Counted from the stretch's first letter, positions 1 through 7,781 are shown. The stretch: 64,000 nucleotides of DNA from an uncultured Chloroflexia bacterium (GCA_963700285.1 CAVOXA010000014.1:800001-864000); one strand, 5' to 3'. The notes: a model not told the origin generated them from the letters alone. Translations and numbers: made by a program.

Positions 1-347
1 ACGACGATGGCTACTTTCACATGGCCGACCGCAAGAAGGACATGATCATCGCCGGCGGCTTTAACATCTACCCCGCTGACGTCGAGGCGGTACTCTTTGA
101 GCACCCCAAAGTTAAAGAAGCAGCGGTCATCGGCGTGCCCGACGCCTACCGCGGCGAGACGGTCAAGGCCTACATCGTGCTCAAGGAGGGCGAGACAGCC
201 ACGGCAAAAGAGATCATCGCCTTCTGCAAAGAGCGCATGGCCGCCTACCGAGTACCCCAAATCATCGAGTTCCGCGACGACCTGCCCAAGTCCATGATCG
301 GCAAGGTCCTGCGCCGGGAGTTGAGGGAGGAAGAACAGCAGAAGTGA
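1..347 (+). CDS. Long-chain fatty acid--CoA ligase (AMP-binding enzyme), C-terminal part, 5' truncated by window
   Basis: Frame open from nt 3: [42 protein letters not shown]...[12 protein letters not shown], typical ANL-family C-terminal domain. Confidence 0.9.
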   Translation, partial: DDGYFHMADRKKDMIIAGGFNIYPADVEAVLFEHPKVKEAAVIGVPDAYRGETVKAYIVLKEGETATAKEIIAFCKERMAAYRVPQIIEFRDDLPKSMIGKVLRRELREEEQQK

Positions 348-408
348 TGCGTGGTACATGTTGCGTGTTTCGTGACCCACGTACCACGCAACACGAACCA
401 CGTTTCAC
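344..408. repeat. Imperfect inverted array of 7-bp tandem repeats
   Basis: Left arm atgcgtg/gtacatg/ttgcgtg/tttcgtg; right arm cacgtac/cacgcaa/cacgaac/cacgttt; the arms are mutually reverse-complementary. Confidence 0.8.
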
Positions 409-410
409 CC

Positions 411-439
411 TTGACATCCTGGCGTCCATGATGTATAAT
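411..439 (+). promoter_or_regulatory. Consensus sigma70 promoter of the TA operon
   Basis: TTGACA (411-416), 17-bp spacer, TATAAT (434-439); overlapping ACATC...GATGT inverted repeat. Confidence 0.85.
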
Positions 440-473
440 GCGATGTATATCGGCAATACTGGAGATGGGTATC

Positions 474-770
474 ATGGCACAGATGGTCCGCAAACAGGTG
501 TATATTGAGCCCCGGCAGGACGCCATCGTCAAGCAGCTGGCCCGCAAACGAGGCGTGACTGAGGCCGAGATCATCCGGCAGGCCATAGACCGGGAGGCAA
601 AGGTTCCTGCTGCGGTCACAGGACAACCAGATACAGAGGCGTGGGAGGAGGCACGCGCCTTCATCCACGCCCTCATCGCCCAGGGGCCCGTTCGCGGCGG
701 CAGACGATGGAGCCGGGACGAGCTCCATGAGGAGAGGCTGAGTCGCTATGGCCGCAACCGCAATTCTTGA
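474..770 (+). CDS. Antitoxin, ribbon-helix-helix/CopG-like (VapB type)
   Basis: MAQMVRKQVYIEPRQDAIVKQLARKRGVTEAEIIRQAIDR RHH pattern; C-terminal WSRDELHEER; overlaps downstream PIN gene; SD ggaga 461-465. Confidence 0.85.
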   Translation: MAQMVRKQVYIEPRQDAIVKQLARKRGVTEAEIIRQAIDREAKVPAAVTGQPDTEAWEEARAFIHALIAQGPVRGGRRWSRDELHEERLSRYGRNRNS

Positions 771-1203
771 CACCAACGTACTCATCTACGCCTACGATCG
801 CTCCGAGCCGGTAAAACAACTGCAAGCCCTCCAGGTTCTGGACCGAGCTCAAAGCTCGGGTGGCGGCGCCCTGACGACGCAGGTCCTGGGCGAGTTCTTT
901 ACGACGGCGACCCGGAAATTGAGCACTTCGCTTCCCAGCAAGGATGCCGCCCGCCAGGTAGAATTAATGGCCAGGGTATGGCCCATATTGGACGTGACAG
1001 CCTTCACCGTCCTTGAGGCCCTACGCGGCACACTCACCTACCAGATGTCCTACTGGGACGCCCAGATCTGGGCTTCAGCCCGTCTCAACCAGATTCCCAT
1101 CATCCTCAGCGAAGACTTTGACACCGTGAACATCCTCGAAGGCGTGCGTTTTGTGAACCCTTTCGCCGACGACTTTGACCTGGACGCCTGGCTGCCCATA
1201 TAG
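748..1203 (+). CDS. vapC: PIN-domain toxin (VapC family)
   Basis: ILDTNVLIYAYD, QVLGEF, SYWDAQIWASA, ILSEDF acidic PIN motifs; 151 aa. Confidence 0.9.
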   Translation: MAATAILDTNVLIYAYDRSEPVKQLQALQVLDRAQSSGGGALTTQVLGEFFTTATRKLSTSLPSKDAARQVELMARVWPILDVTAFTVLEALRGTLTYQMSYWDAQIWASARLNQIPIILSEDFDTVNILEGVRFVNPFADDFDLDAWLPI

Positions 1204-1227
1204 CGTGCCACCAATCCTTTCCCTGGA

Positions 1228-1312
1228 GTGAAACGGTGAAGCCAATCTCTACACAACACGCACACGTCCTGAGCCAAGGCGAAGGAACACGCACCACGCT
1301 CCACGCTCCATC
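1228..1312. repeat. Degenerate heptamer array with nested small palindrome
   Basis: gtgaaacg (1228-1235) is the reverse complement of cgtttcac (401-408); cacgcac/cacgctc/cacgctc at 1288-1308; gtcctgagccaaggcgaagga at 1266-1286. Confidence 0.6.
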
Positions 1313-1330
1313 CCAACCGAAAGGAGCCCC

Positions 1331-2821
1331 TTGACCAAGGACTATGACGCCATCGTCATCGGTGCCGGCCTGGGCGGCCTGGCCGCGGCCACGACGCTGG
1401 CCCACAATGGACTGTCCGTCCTCCTCCTGGAGCGACACAACGTACCTGGCGGCTATGCCACGAGCTCTGTCCGCGGCCGCTACGAGTTCGAGGTCGCCCT
1501 GCACGAGCTATCGGGCACCGCCCCCCCCGGAGACCGGGGCAACGTCTACCGCGTCCTGGAATACCTGGGGGTGGCCGACAAAGTCAAGTTCCTGCACGTG
1601 CCCGAGCTGTACCGGGCCGTCTTTCTGGAGCCATCGGACGGCCAGTCCGCCGGCTGCAGCCTGGACGTCACCCTGCCTGCGGGCCGCGAGGCATTCGAGG
1701 CCAAGCTCGTCGAAACCTTTCCCCACGAGGTGCACGGTATCCGGCGCTTCCTGCAGCGCGTCTTTGACTTTGGCCGCGACCACGCCCGCTTCCTGAGGCA
1801 GCGGCGCCAGGTCCACCCGGCGACCATCCCCCTGCGCTTCCGCCACTTCGTCCGCTACCTGCCAGCCACCTGGGGCAAGGTGCTGGACCGCGACATCCAG
1901 GCCCCCCCCTCCCAGATCTCCTTCGTCTTCTTGGCCAGTACCCTGGCCGCTTACGTCCGCCGCGGCGTGGCCTTTCCCCAGGGCAGGTCCCAGGCCCTGT
2001 CCAACGCCTTCCTGGCCCGCTTTGAGGAGCTAGGTGGCGAGACGCGTCTGAACTGTAGCGTCCGGCAGATCACCACCGAGAACGGCCGCGTCACCGGAGT
2101 CTTCACCGAGCAGGGCGACGAGATCCGGGCCGGTTGGATCGTGTCCAACGCCGACCCTGTCGCCACCGGACGCGACCTCATCGGCCGGGAAAAGATACCC
2201 GGCAGTTTCTTCTCCGATCTCAGGTCCAACAACGTGGCCGCCTCCACGGTCAACGTCTACCTGGGCCTGGCCTGCCCCCATGACGAGTTGGGGCTCACTG
2301 AGCACGAGATCTTTGTCAACAAGGGCTACGATTTTGAGCGGAACTATGCGGGCATGAAGGTCATTGCACCCCCGGAGGCCATCGCCCTCACCTGCTACAG
2401 CGCCGCCTGCCCCAAGATCTCGCCGCCGGGCACCTCCATGGTCGTGCTGACGGCCCTGGCCTACGGTAAGCCCTGGTCCCAGGTGCCGCCCCACGAGTAC
2501 GTAGACACCAAGAACCACATCGCAGGGTCCATGATAGACCTGGCTGAAACCATCGCTCCCGGTCTGCGCCATCACGCCGACGTGGTCGAGGTCTCTACGC
2601 CGCTGACCAACATGCGCTACACTGGCGCGATGGGCGGCAGCATCTATGGCTTCAGCCAGCCGCCGTGCGACAACATGGTCTGGCGCATGGGCTACAAGGG
2701 GCCGCTGGACGGACTCTATTTCGCCGGCGCCTGGACCCAACCCGGCGGCGGCTTTGAGCCGGCCATAATGTCCGGGATCAGAGCTGGCCGAGCCATTTCT
2801 TACAAGAGCGGGAGAATGTAG
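1331..2821 (+). CDS. FAD-dependent oxidoreductase, phytoene desaturase/retinol saturase-like family
   Basis: YDAIVIGAGLGGLAAA..LA..G..V.LLERH..PGG; C-terminal STPLT.MRY..GSIYG and GLYFAGAWTQPGGG; TTG start with SD aaggag; possible in-frame internal deletion near 1900. Confidence 0.85.
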   Translation: MTKDYDAIVIGAGLGGLAAATTLAHNGLSVLLLERHNVPGGYATSSVRGRYEFEVALHELSGTAPPGDRGNVYRVLEYLGVADKVKFLHVPELYRAVFLEPSDGQSAGCSLDVTLPAGREAFEAKLVETFPHEVHGIRRFLQRVFDFGRDHARFLRQRRQVHPATIPLRFRHFVRYLPATWGKVLDRDIQAPPSQISFVFLASTLAAYVRRGVAFPQGRSQALSNAFLARFEELGGETRLNCSVRQITTENGRVTGVFTEQGDEIRAGWIVSNADPVATGRDLIGREKIPGSFFSDLRSNNVAASTVNVYLGLACPHDELGLTEHEIFVNKGYDFERNYAGMKVIAPPEAIALTCYSAACPKISPPGTSMVVLTALAYGKPWSQVPPHEYVDTKNHIAGSMIDLAETIAPGLRHHADVVEVSTPLTNMRYTGAMGGSIYGFSQPPCDNMVWRMGYKGPLDGLYFAGAWTQPGGGFEPAIMSGIRAGRAISYKSGRM

Positions 2822-2822
2822 C

Positions 2823-3364
2823 ATGGCCGCCATCACCCAAGAACTCCGCTACTGGCTCCAGGACCTTCGCGCCTACCGCCGCGTATCAAGCCGGCGAAGA
2901 GCCCTCCACCGGCCGGGCCAGGGCGTTGACCATGCCGCCCAGGGGCTGGCCGTCCAGGAGATCGTCGCCCGCCTCCATCCCGAGCGAATGAAACTCCGAG
3001 TCATCGACATCATCCAGGCCACGCCCACCACCAAAACCTTCCGCCTGGCCCGCACCGACGGCCCACTGCCGCCCTTCCGCCCCGGCCAGCACGTCAACGT
3101 CTTTGTCGACGTCGACGGCGTCCTCACCAGCCGCCCCTACAGCATTGCCTCGCCGGCGAACCGCTCCTCAATTCGCTGGAGCGTTTTGGAATCGTCGTGC
3201 CTGCCGTTTGCCGCGCCGGTGAATGCAGCGCCTGCCGCACCCGCCTGCTCTCCGGCAGCGTCTTCCAGCCCGCCCACACCGGCCTGCGCGAGTCCGACCG
3301 CCAGCACGGCTATATACACGCCTGCGTCAGCTATCCCTTGGAGGATCTCACCATCCGGATCTGA
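2823..3364 (+). pseudogene. FAD-binding/[2Fe-2S] ferredoxin reductase with internal deletion and frameshift
   Basis: N-part ends in the FAD motif RPYSIASP (~3152); another frame continues AGEPLLNSLERFG..PAVCRAGECSACRTRLLSG..GYIHACVSYPLEDLTIRI* (TGA 3362-3364); NAD-binding domain absent. Confidence 0.85.
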
Positions 3365-3375
3365 GACCGATTTGA

Positions 3376-3443
3376 CACCCGTCGTTGCGGACTCTCTTGC
3401 ACCCGTCATTGCGAGGAAGCCAAGGGCCGACGAAGCAACCCCC
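3376..3443. repeat. REP-like palindrome (gtcattgcgagg...gacgaagcaa type) with partial direct duplicate
   Basis: cacccgtcgttgcg (3376) and cacccgtcattgcgaggaagccaagggccgacgaagcaacccc (3400-3443). Confidence 0.6.
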
Positions 3444-3495
3444 ACCTCATCAACAGTGGGCGTCAGCACAAGAGGACGATGAACAGGAGGCACAA

Positions 3496-4644
3496 ATGAA
3501 AATCAAGCCCTTCCACACTGAACGCTATTTCGCCCAACACGAGTTCACCGCACCCCACATCCTCTGCGCCTCCGACTGCGAATCCCTCACCGTGGACGAG
3601 CTTCTCGCCCTCGCCGGCGCAGAACCCGGCGCCCTGGGCGATCAGCACCTGGGCTACACCGAGTCCCAGGGCTCGCCCGCCCTCCGCGCCGAGATCGCCA
3701 AGATGTACGCCGAACTCGATGCCGGCCAGATCCTCGGCCTCGGCGCCCCGGAAGAGGGCATCTTTTGCACCCTGCACGCCCTCCTCGAGCCCGATGACCA
3801 GGTCGTCGTCCTCACCCCCTGCTACGACTCCCTGCTCAACGTCGTCGAGCACCTTGGCTGCCGCATCGCCCGCTGGCCCCTCACAGAAGCGCCCGAACCG
3901 CCCCACGGTCCCGGCGGCTGGCAACTGGATTACCGGACCCTGACCCGGCTCGCCACCCTGCGCACCAAGCTGGTCATCGTCAACTTTCCCCACAACCCCA
4001 CCGGCTACCTGCCCTCCGACGAAGAGTGGCGGACCCTCGTCCGCTGGGTGGAGCGCTCCGGCGCCTGGCTTTTCTCCGACGAGATGTACCGCGGCCTCGA
4101 ATACGAACCCGAACAGCGCCTCACCCCCGCCTGCGACCTCTACGATCGCGCCATCACCCTCAGCGGCCTCTCCAAGACCTACGGCCTGCCCGGCCTGCGC
4201 ACCGGCTGGCTGGCCCTCCAGAACAGCGACCTGCGCGCCCGCGTCGAGGGCTGGAAGGACTATACCACCATCTGCGCCAGCGCCCCCAGCGAGGCCCTGG
4301 CCACGATCGCCCTCCAGGCCGGCGAACAGCTCGCCGAACGAAACCGCGGCATCGTCCTCAACAACCTCTCCCTCGCCCGCCGCTTCTTTGCCCGCCGCAG
4401 CAACGTCTTCCGCTGGAACCCGCCCCGGGCCGGCTCCGTCGCCCTGCCCGGCCTCCGTCAGGACCAGGCCACCGAATTCTGCCAGCGCCTCGTCACCGAA
4501 CAAGGCGTCCTTCTCCTGCCCGGAACCGGCTTCGGCCTCGGCGAGGGCCACGTCCGCTTCGGCTTCGGCCGCCGCAACTTTCCCCAGGCCCTCGAGCAGC
4601 TTGACCTCTACCTCACCCAGCAGCAGGCCCTGCCCGGCATGTAG
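3496..4644 (+). CDS. PLP-dependent aminotransferase class I/II
   Basis: NFPHNPTG, FSDEMY, SGLSKTYGLPGLRTGW motifs; SD aggagg upstream of ATG 3496. Confidence 0.9.
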   Translation: MKIKPFHTERYFAQHEFTAPHILCASDCESLTVDELLALAGAEPGALGDQHLGYTESQGSPALRAEIAKMYAELDAGQILGLGAPEEGIFCTLHALLEPDDQVVVLTPCYDSLLNVVEHLGCRIARWPLTEAPEPPHGPGGWQLDYRTLTRLATLRTKLVIVNFPHNPTGYLPSDEEWRTLVRWVERSGAWLFSDEMYRGLEYEPEQRLTPACDLYDRAITLSGLSKTYGLPGLRTGWLALQNSDLRARVEGWKDYTTICASAPSEALATIALQAGEQLAERNRGIVLNNLSLARRFFARRSNVFRWNPPRAGSVALPGLRQDQATEFCQRLVTEQGVLLLPGTGFGLGEGHVRFGFGRRNFPQALEQLDLYLTQQQALPGM

Positions 4645-4653
4645 GTCCTAACC

Positions 4654-4688
4654 AAAAAGGCACGGAGAGCCAAAAGACCCTCCGTGCC
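4654..4688 (-). terminator. Intrinsic terminator (between convergent genes)
   Basis: ggcacggag (4659-4667)/ctccgtgcc (4680-4688) stem with A5 on the left (U-tract on minus strand). Confidence 0.65.
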
Positions 4689-4713
4689 ATGGGCGTGAAG
4701 CCACACCCAGTCT

Positions 4714-4808
4714 ATCATTCCCGCGCAGGTGGGAATCTATACCACAAACCCCACCAGACCGTCATTCCCGCAATGTCGGCTCCCGAGTGTTGGGGGGCGG
4801 GAATCTAC
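4714..4808. repeat. Two ATTCCC...GGGAAT palindromes (dRS3/REP-like)
   Basis: attccc-gcgcaggt-gggaat (4717-4736; N8 spacer) and gtcattcccgc...gcgggaatcta (4761-4807). Confidence 0.75.
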
Positions 4809-4812
4809 ACCT

Positions 4813-5235
4813 TTACTCCTTCATAGCCACCGACAAATACAGCCAGTGCGGCGCCAGTTCCAGCGTCCTGTTGGCCCGGTTGTCCGTGGGGATATCCTCC
4901 TCCGACTGGCGGCCGATGGACACCCAAACGACCCGGCTGCCCCATAGCCCGGATGTATCCAAAAAAATGTTGGCCGTGGCACTTTCGCCTCTCCGGACGA
5001 TGGGGATCACCCACCCATCGATGACCTGGTCGCCACGCGCCAGCTCACCGTCCCAGAACTCTACCGCCACGTGGCTGAAACTATCGCCCTGGGCATGGAC
5101 CGTCGCCGTAAGCCGGACCAGCTCGCCGGCGCCGGCGCCTTGGGCTCGAACAATGTCATCCGCAGTGACATACAGCGTCGCTGGCCTGGCCGCTGCCGCC
5201 GCCGGGTCCACCGGCAGCACGGCATAGAAGGACAC
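4813..5235 (-). CDS. CARDB/Ig-like domain protein, probably C-terminal remnant of a surface protein
   Basis: AGELVRLTATVH..VAVEFWDG..DNRANRTL pattern; ends WLYLSVAMKE; no signal peptide, weak start. Confidence 0.5.
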   Translation of the reverse strand: MSFYAVLPVDPAAAAARPATLYVTADDIVRAQGAGAGELVRLTATVHAQGDSFSHVAVEFWDGELARGDQVIDGWVIPIVRRGESATANIFLDTSGLWGSRVVWVSIGRQSEEDIPTDNRANRTLELAPHWLYLSVAMKE

Positions 5236-5285
5236 TATACCCCATAAACTCCAATCCGCGGTACCCTGACCTGGTCCCCCACTCC

Positions 5286-5969
5286 CTATCTCCCCCTCTC
5301 AATCACCCGGATGCCATCTGCCCCCGCCACCACAAGCTCCGTCGCCATATCCAAAAACAGCCCATGCTCCACGATCCCCGGGCGCTCGGCCAGCGCCCCG
5401 GCCAGCGCATACGCATCCTCAATGCCCTCAGGGAACCAGCAGCGCACCAGGTAATTGCCATTGTCCGTGACGATACGCGAGCCATCCGCCTCGTGCCACA
5501 GCTCCGCCCGGCAGCCCAGCGTCTCCAGCCAGCGCAGGTGGGCCTCCAGCCCAAAGGGCAGGATCTCCACCGGCAGTGCCCCCCGGCCCAGGCGCGCCAC
5601 CACCTTGGACTCGTCGACCACCACTACGAAACGGTCGGCGTGGATCTCGACGATCTTTTCCCGCAGCAGCGCCCGCCCCAGTCCCTTGATGACGTTCAGG
5701 TCCGGGTCCGCTTCGTCCGCCCCATCCACCGCCAGGTCCAGGCGGGCATGGTCGGCCAGGCTCACCAGGGGCACGCCCGCCGCCCGGGCGCGTGCCGCCG
5801 TCCCCTCCGAGGTAGGAATGCCGCAGATGTCCCGCAGCGCCCCGCTCCGCAGTCGCTCCCCCAGCAGGTCCACAAAATACCCGGCCGTAGAACCGGTCCC
5901 CAGCCCCAGGACCATCCCGTCCCGCACATAGTCCAGCGCAAAGCCAGCAGCCTCTCGTTTCAGATTCAT
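5286..5969 (-). CDS. rpiA: Ribose-5-phosphate isomerase A
   Basis: GLGTGSTA, DLAVDGADE, IKGLGRALLREKIV, TDNGN, PGIVEHGLF; start reassigned to ATG 5969 (SD ggag). Confidence 0.95.
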   Translation of the reverse strand: MNLKREAAGFALDYVRDGMVLGLGTGSTAGYFVDLLGERLRSGALRDICGIPTSEGTAARARAAGVPLVSLADHARLDLAVDGADEADPDLNVIKGLGRALLREKIVEIHADRFVVVVDESKVVARLGRGALPVEILPFGLEAHLRWLETLGCRAELWHEADGSRIVTDNGNYLVRCWFPEGIEDAYALAGALAERPGIVEHGLFLDMATELVVAGADGIRVIERGR

Positions 5970-5979
5970 CCCCTGCTCC

Positions 5980-6018
5980 AAAAAAAGACTCCCAGCAGGC
6001 AATCGCCCGCCGGGAGTC
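5980..6018 (-). terminator. Strong intrinsic terminator directly upstream of the rpiA SD
   Basis: Minus strand GACTCCCGGCGGGC-gatt-GCCTGCTGGGAGTC-T7: 14-bp stem with 2 G-U pairs. Confidence 0.8.
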
Positions 6019-6045
6019 CAGAATTTCACACAATGTACACATAGG

Positions 6046-6175
6046 TTCGTAGTGCGCGCTTCAGCGCGCCTGGTTTCCCTCTCTGGACGGGCCTCTCTCG
6101 ATGGGCGAAGGTCTGTCTTCAGACCCGCGCTCATGACCGAGCCCACTCGGCGGCGGTCGGGAGACCTTGCCGAAC
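6046..6175. repeat. REP-like palindromes in fba-rpiA spacer
   Basis: GTAG-t-gcgcgct-tc-agcgcgc (6049-6069); ggcgaaggtct (6104-6114) ... agaccttgcc (6162-6171). Confidence 0.55.
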
Positions 6176-6188
6176 AGGGAGCCAGCCC

Positions 6189-7139
6189 CTACCCCAACGC
6201 CCTCCGCACTTCCTCTATCCGCCCAGCGCTGCCCAGCTTGATGTTCTTGTGGGCGATAAACTTGGCGTATTCCGCCATAAAGATCTTGCCCGGCCCCCGG
6301 AAGTCAAACTTTTCCGGATAGTCGCGGAAATACTCGCGGTGCACGCGCGTCCACACCAGGCGGCCGTCGGTATCGATGTTGACCTTGGTCACACCCAGCG
6401 GCACGGCCTTGGCAAACTCGTCCTCGTCCACACCCTTGGCCGACGGATCCAGCGCCCCGCCCGCCTCGTTGATGCGTACAACCTCTTGGCACGGCACCGA
6501 AGAGGAACCGTGCATCACCAGGGGGAAGCCCGGCAGGCGCCGCTGGATCTCGGCCAGCCGGTCGAAATGCAATCCCTGGCTGCCTGTGAACTTGTAGGCC
6601 CCGTGGCTGGTACCGATGGCTGCCGCCAGGCTATCGCACCCCGACAGGTACACAAACTCGGCTGCTTCGTCGGGATCGGTAAGGCTGGCGTGCTTTTCGT
6701 CGACGGCGATGTCCTCCTCCACACCACCCAGCCGGCCCAGCTCGGCCTCGACGCTGATGCCCACAGCGTGGGCCCGTTCGACTACACGCCGGGTGGTCGC
6801 CACGTTCTCCTCAAAGGGCTCGTGCGAGGCGTCGATCATCACCGAGCTATAGAACCCCGATTCGATGCAATCGTAGGCCGTTTCCTCGTCGCCATGGTCC
6901 AGGTGCACGGCAAAGATGGCCTCCGGAAAGACCTCTTCGGCAGAGCGGATGAGCCCTTCCAGCATCTTGACGCGGGCATAGCTGCGGGCGCCGCGCGAGA
7001 TCTGGATGATAAAGGGCGCCTGGGAATCGAGGCACCCCTGGAACAGGCCGATACATTGCTCCATGTTGTTGATGTTGTAGGCGCCAACGGCGAATTTGCC
7101 ATAGGCGACTTCAAAAAGCTCGGCAGTTGTGACTATCAT
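6189..7139 (-). CDS. fba: Class II fructose-1,6-bisphosphate aldolase
   Basis: AVGAYNINN, VHLDHG, SSVMIDAS, EAELG, IGTSHGAYK, LVMHGSS, KVNIDTD. Confidence 0.95.
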   Translation of the reverse strand: MIVTTAELFEVAYGKFAVGAYNINNMEQCIGLFQGCLDSQAPFIIQISRGARSYARVKMLEGLIRSAEEVFPEAIFAVHLDHGDEETAYDCIESGFYSSVMIDASHEPFEENVATTRRVVERAHAVGISVEAELGRLGGVEEDIAVDEKHASLTDPDEAAEFVYLSGCDSLAAAIGTSHGAYKFTGSQGLHFDRLAEIQRRLPGFPLVMHGSSSVPCQEVVRINEAGGALDPSAKGVDEDEFAKAVPLGVTKVNIDTDGRLVWTRVHREYFRDYPEKFDFRGPGKIFMAEYAKFIAHKNIKLGSAGRIEEVRRALG

Positions 7140-7158
7140 TGTACTCCTCGTTTTCGCG

Positions 7159-7198
7159 AACGTTCCAACGTTTCTACCTTGGAACGCTACAACGTTCT
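7159..7198. repeat. Five imperfect 8-bp tandem repeats (AACGTTCC-like)
   Basis: aacgttcc aacgtttc taccttgg aacgctac aacgttct. Confidence 0.7.
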
Positions 7199-7199
7199 G

Positions 7200-7601
7200 C
7201 TATTTCAGCGTCTGCAGGTAAGCGACTAGGTCACTAAGCTCCTGCGCCGACAGCTCGTTGGCCAGGGCAGCGGGCATCAATCCGGCCGAGAACCCCTCGG
7301 CGATGTGGTCATCGGGCTCCTCGATCGATTTTCGCATATAGTCCTCAGCCGATTGGCCCGAAACGCGCGAGCCGGCATCAGCGCCGATGGTGGCCAGCGA
7401 AGGGCCAACCAGCGTCACCCCAGGCTCTAGGGAGTGGCAAGTAACGCACCCGGGCTGCGTCCCAACCAAGGTTTGGGCAAAGATGGTCTGACCTGCAGCA
7501 GCATCGCCGACAGCGGCACCCTCCTCCGGGGCCGATCCGCCGCCACAAGCAGCCAACGTGAACGCCAATATCAGCAGCAAAAGCAATACCAGTTTTCGCA
7601 T
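7200..7601 (-). CDS. Monoheme c-type cytochrome lipoprotein
   Basis: MRKLVLLLLL..LAAC lipobox; CVTCH heme motif; VGPSL; distal LMP Met ligand; SD ggagg. Confidence 0.9.
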   Translation of the reverse strand: MRKLVLLLLLILAFTLAACGGGSAPEEGAAVGDAAAGQTIFAQTLVGTQPGCVTCHSLEPGVTLVGPSLATIGADAGSRVSGQSAEDYMRKSIEEPDDHIAEGFSAGLMPAALANELSAQELSDLVAYLQTLK

Positions 7602-7752
7602 TCGATCCTCCATAGTGTGTGCCGGACGGGTCAGAACGCGATCCATGACTGCGCCCTGCCTTCGCCCCGCTGTGTCAAGGTCTCACGGACGGAAGCCGTT
7701 CGGTGCAATTCCAGATCCATGTTGGAAACTGTACCAAGCAACCTGCAGCCAT

Positions 7753-7781
7753 AGTATAGCACCAAGTCCGTGTGAAAGCAA
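7753..7781 (-). promoter_or_regulatory. Sigma70-like promoter for cytochrome c gene
   Basis: Minus strand TTGCTT-17-TATACT with TGn extended -10. Confidence 0.55.

Noticed and set aside
344-408. Short repeats as a CRISPR array
   Set aside because: Period 7 with no spacers and no cas genes in the window.
3153-3482. C-terminal half of the 219-aa ORF 2823..3482
   Set aside because: Out-of-frame read-through after the deletion; the meaningful frame is the ferredoxin ending at 3364.
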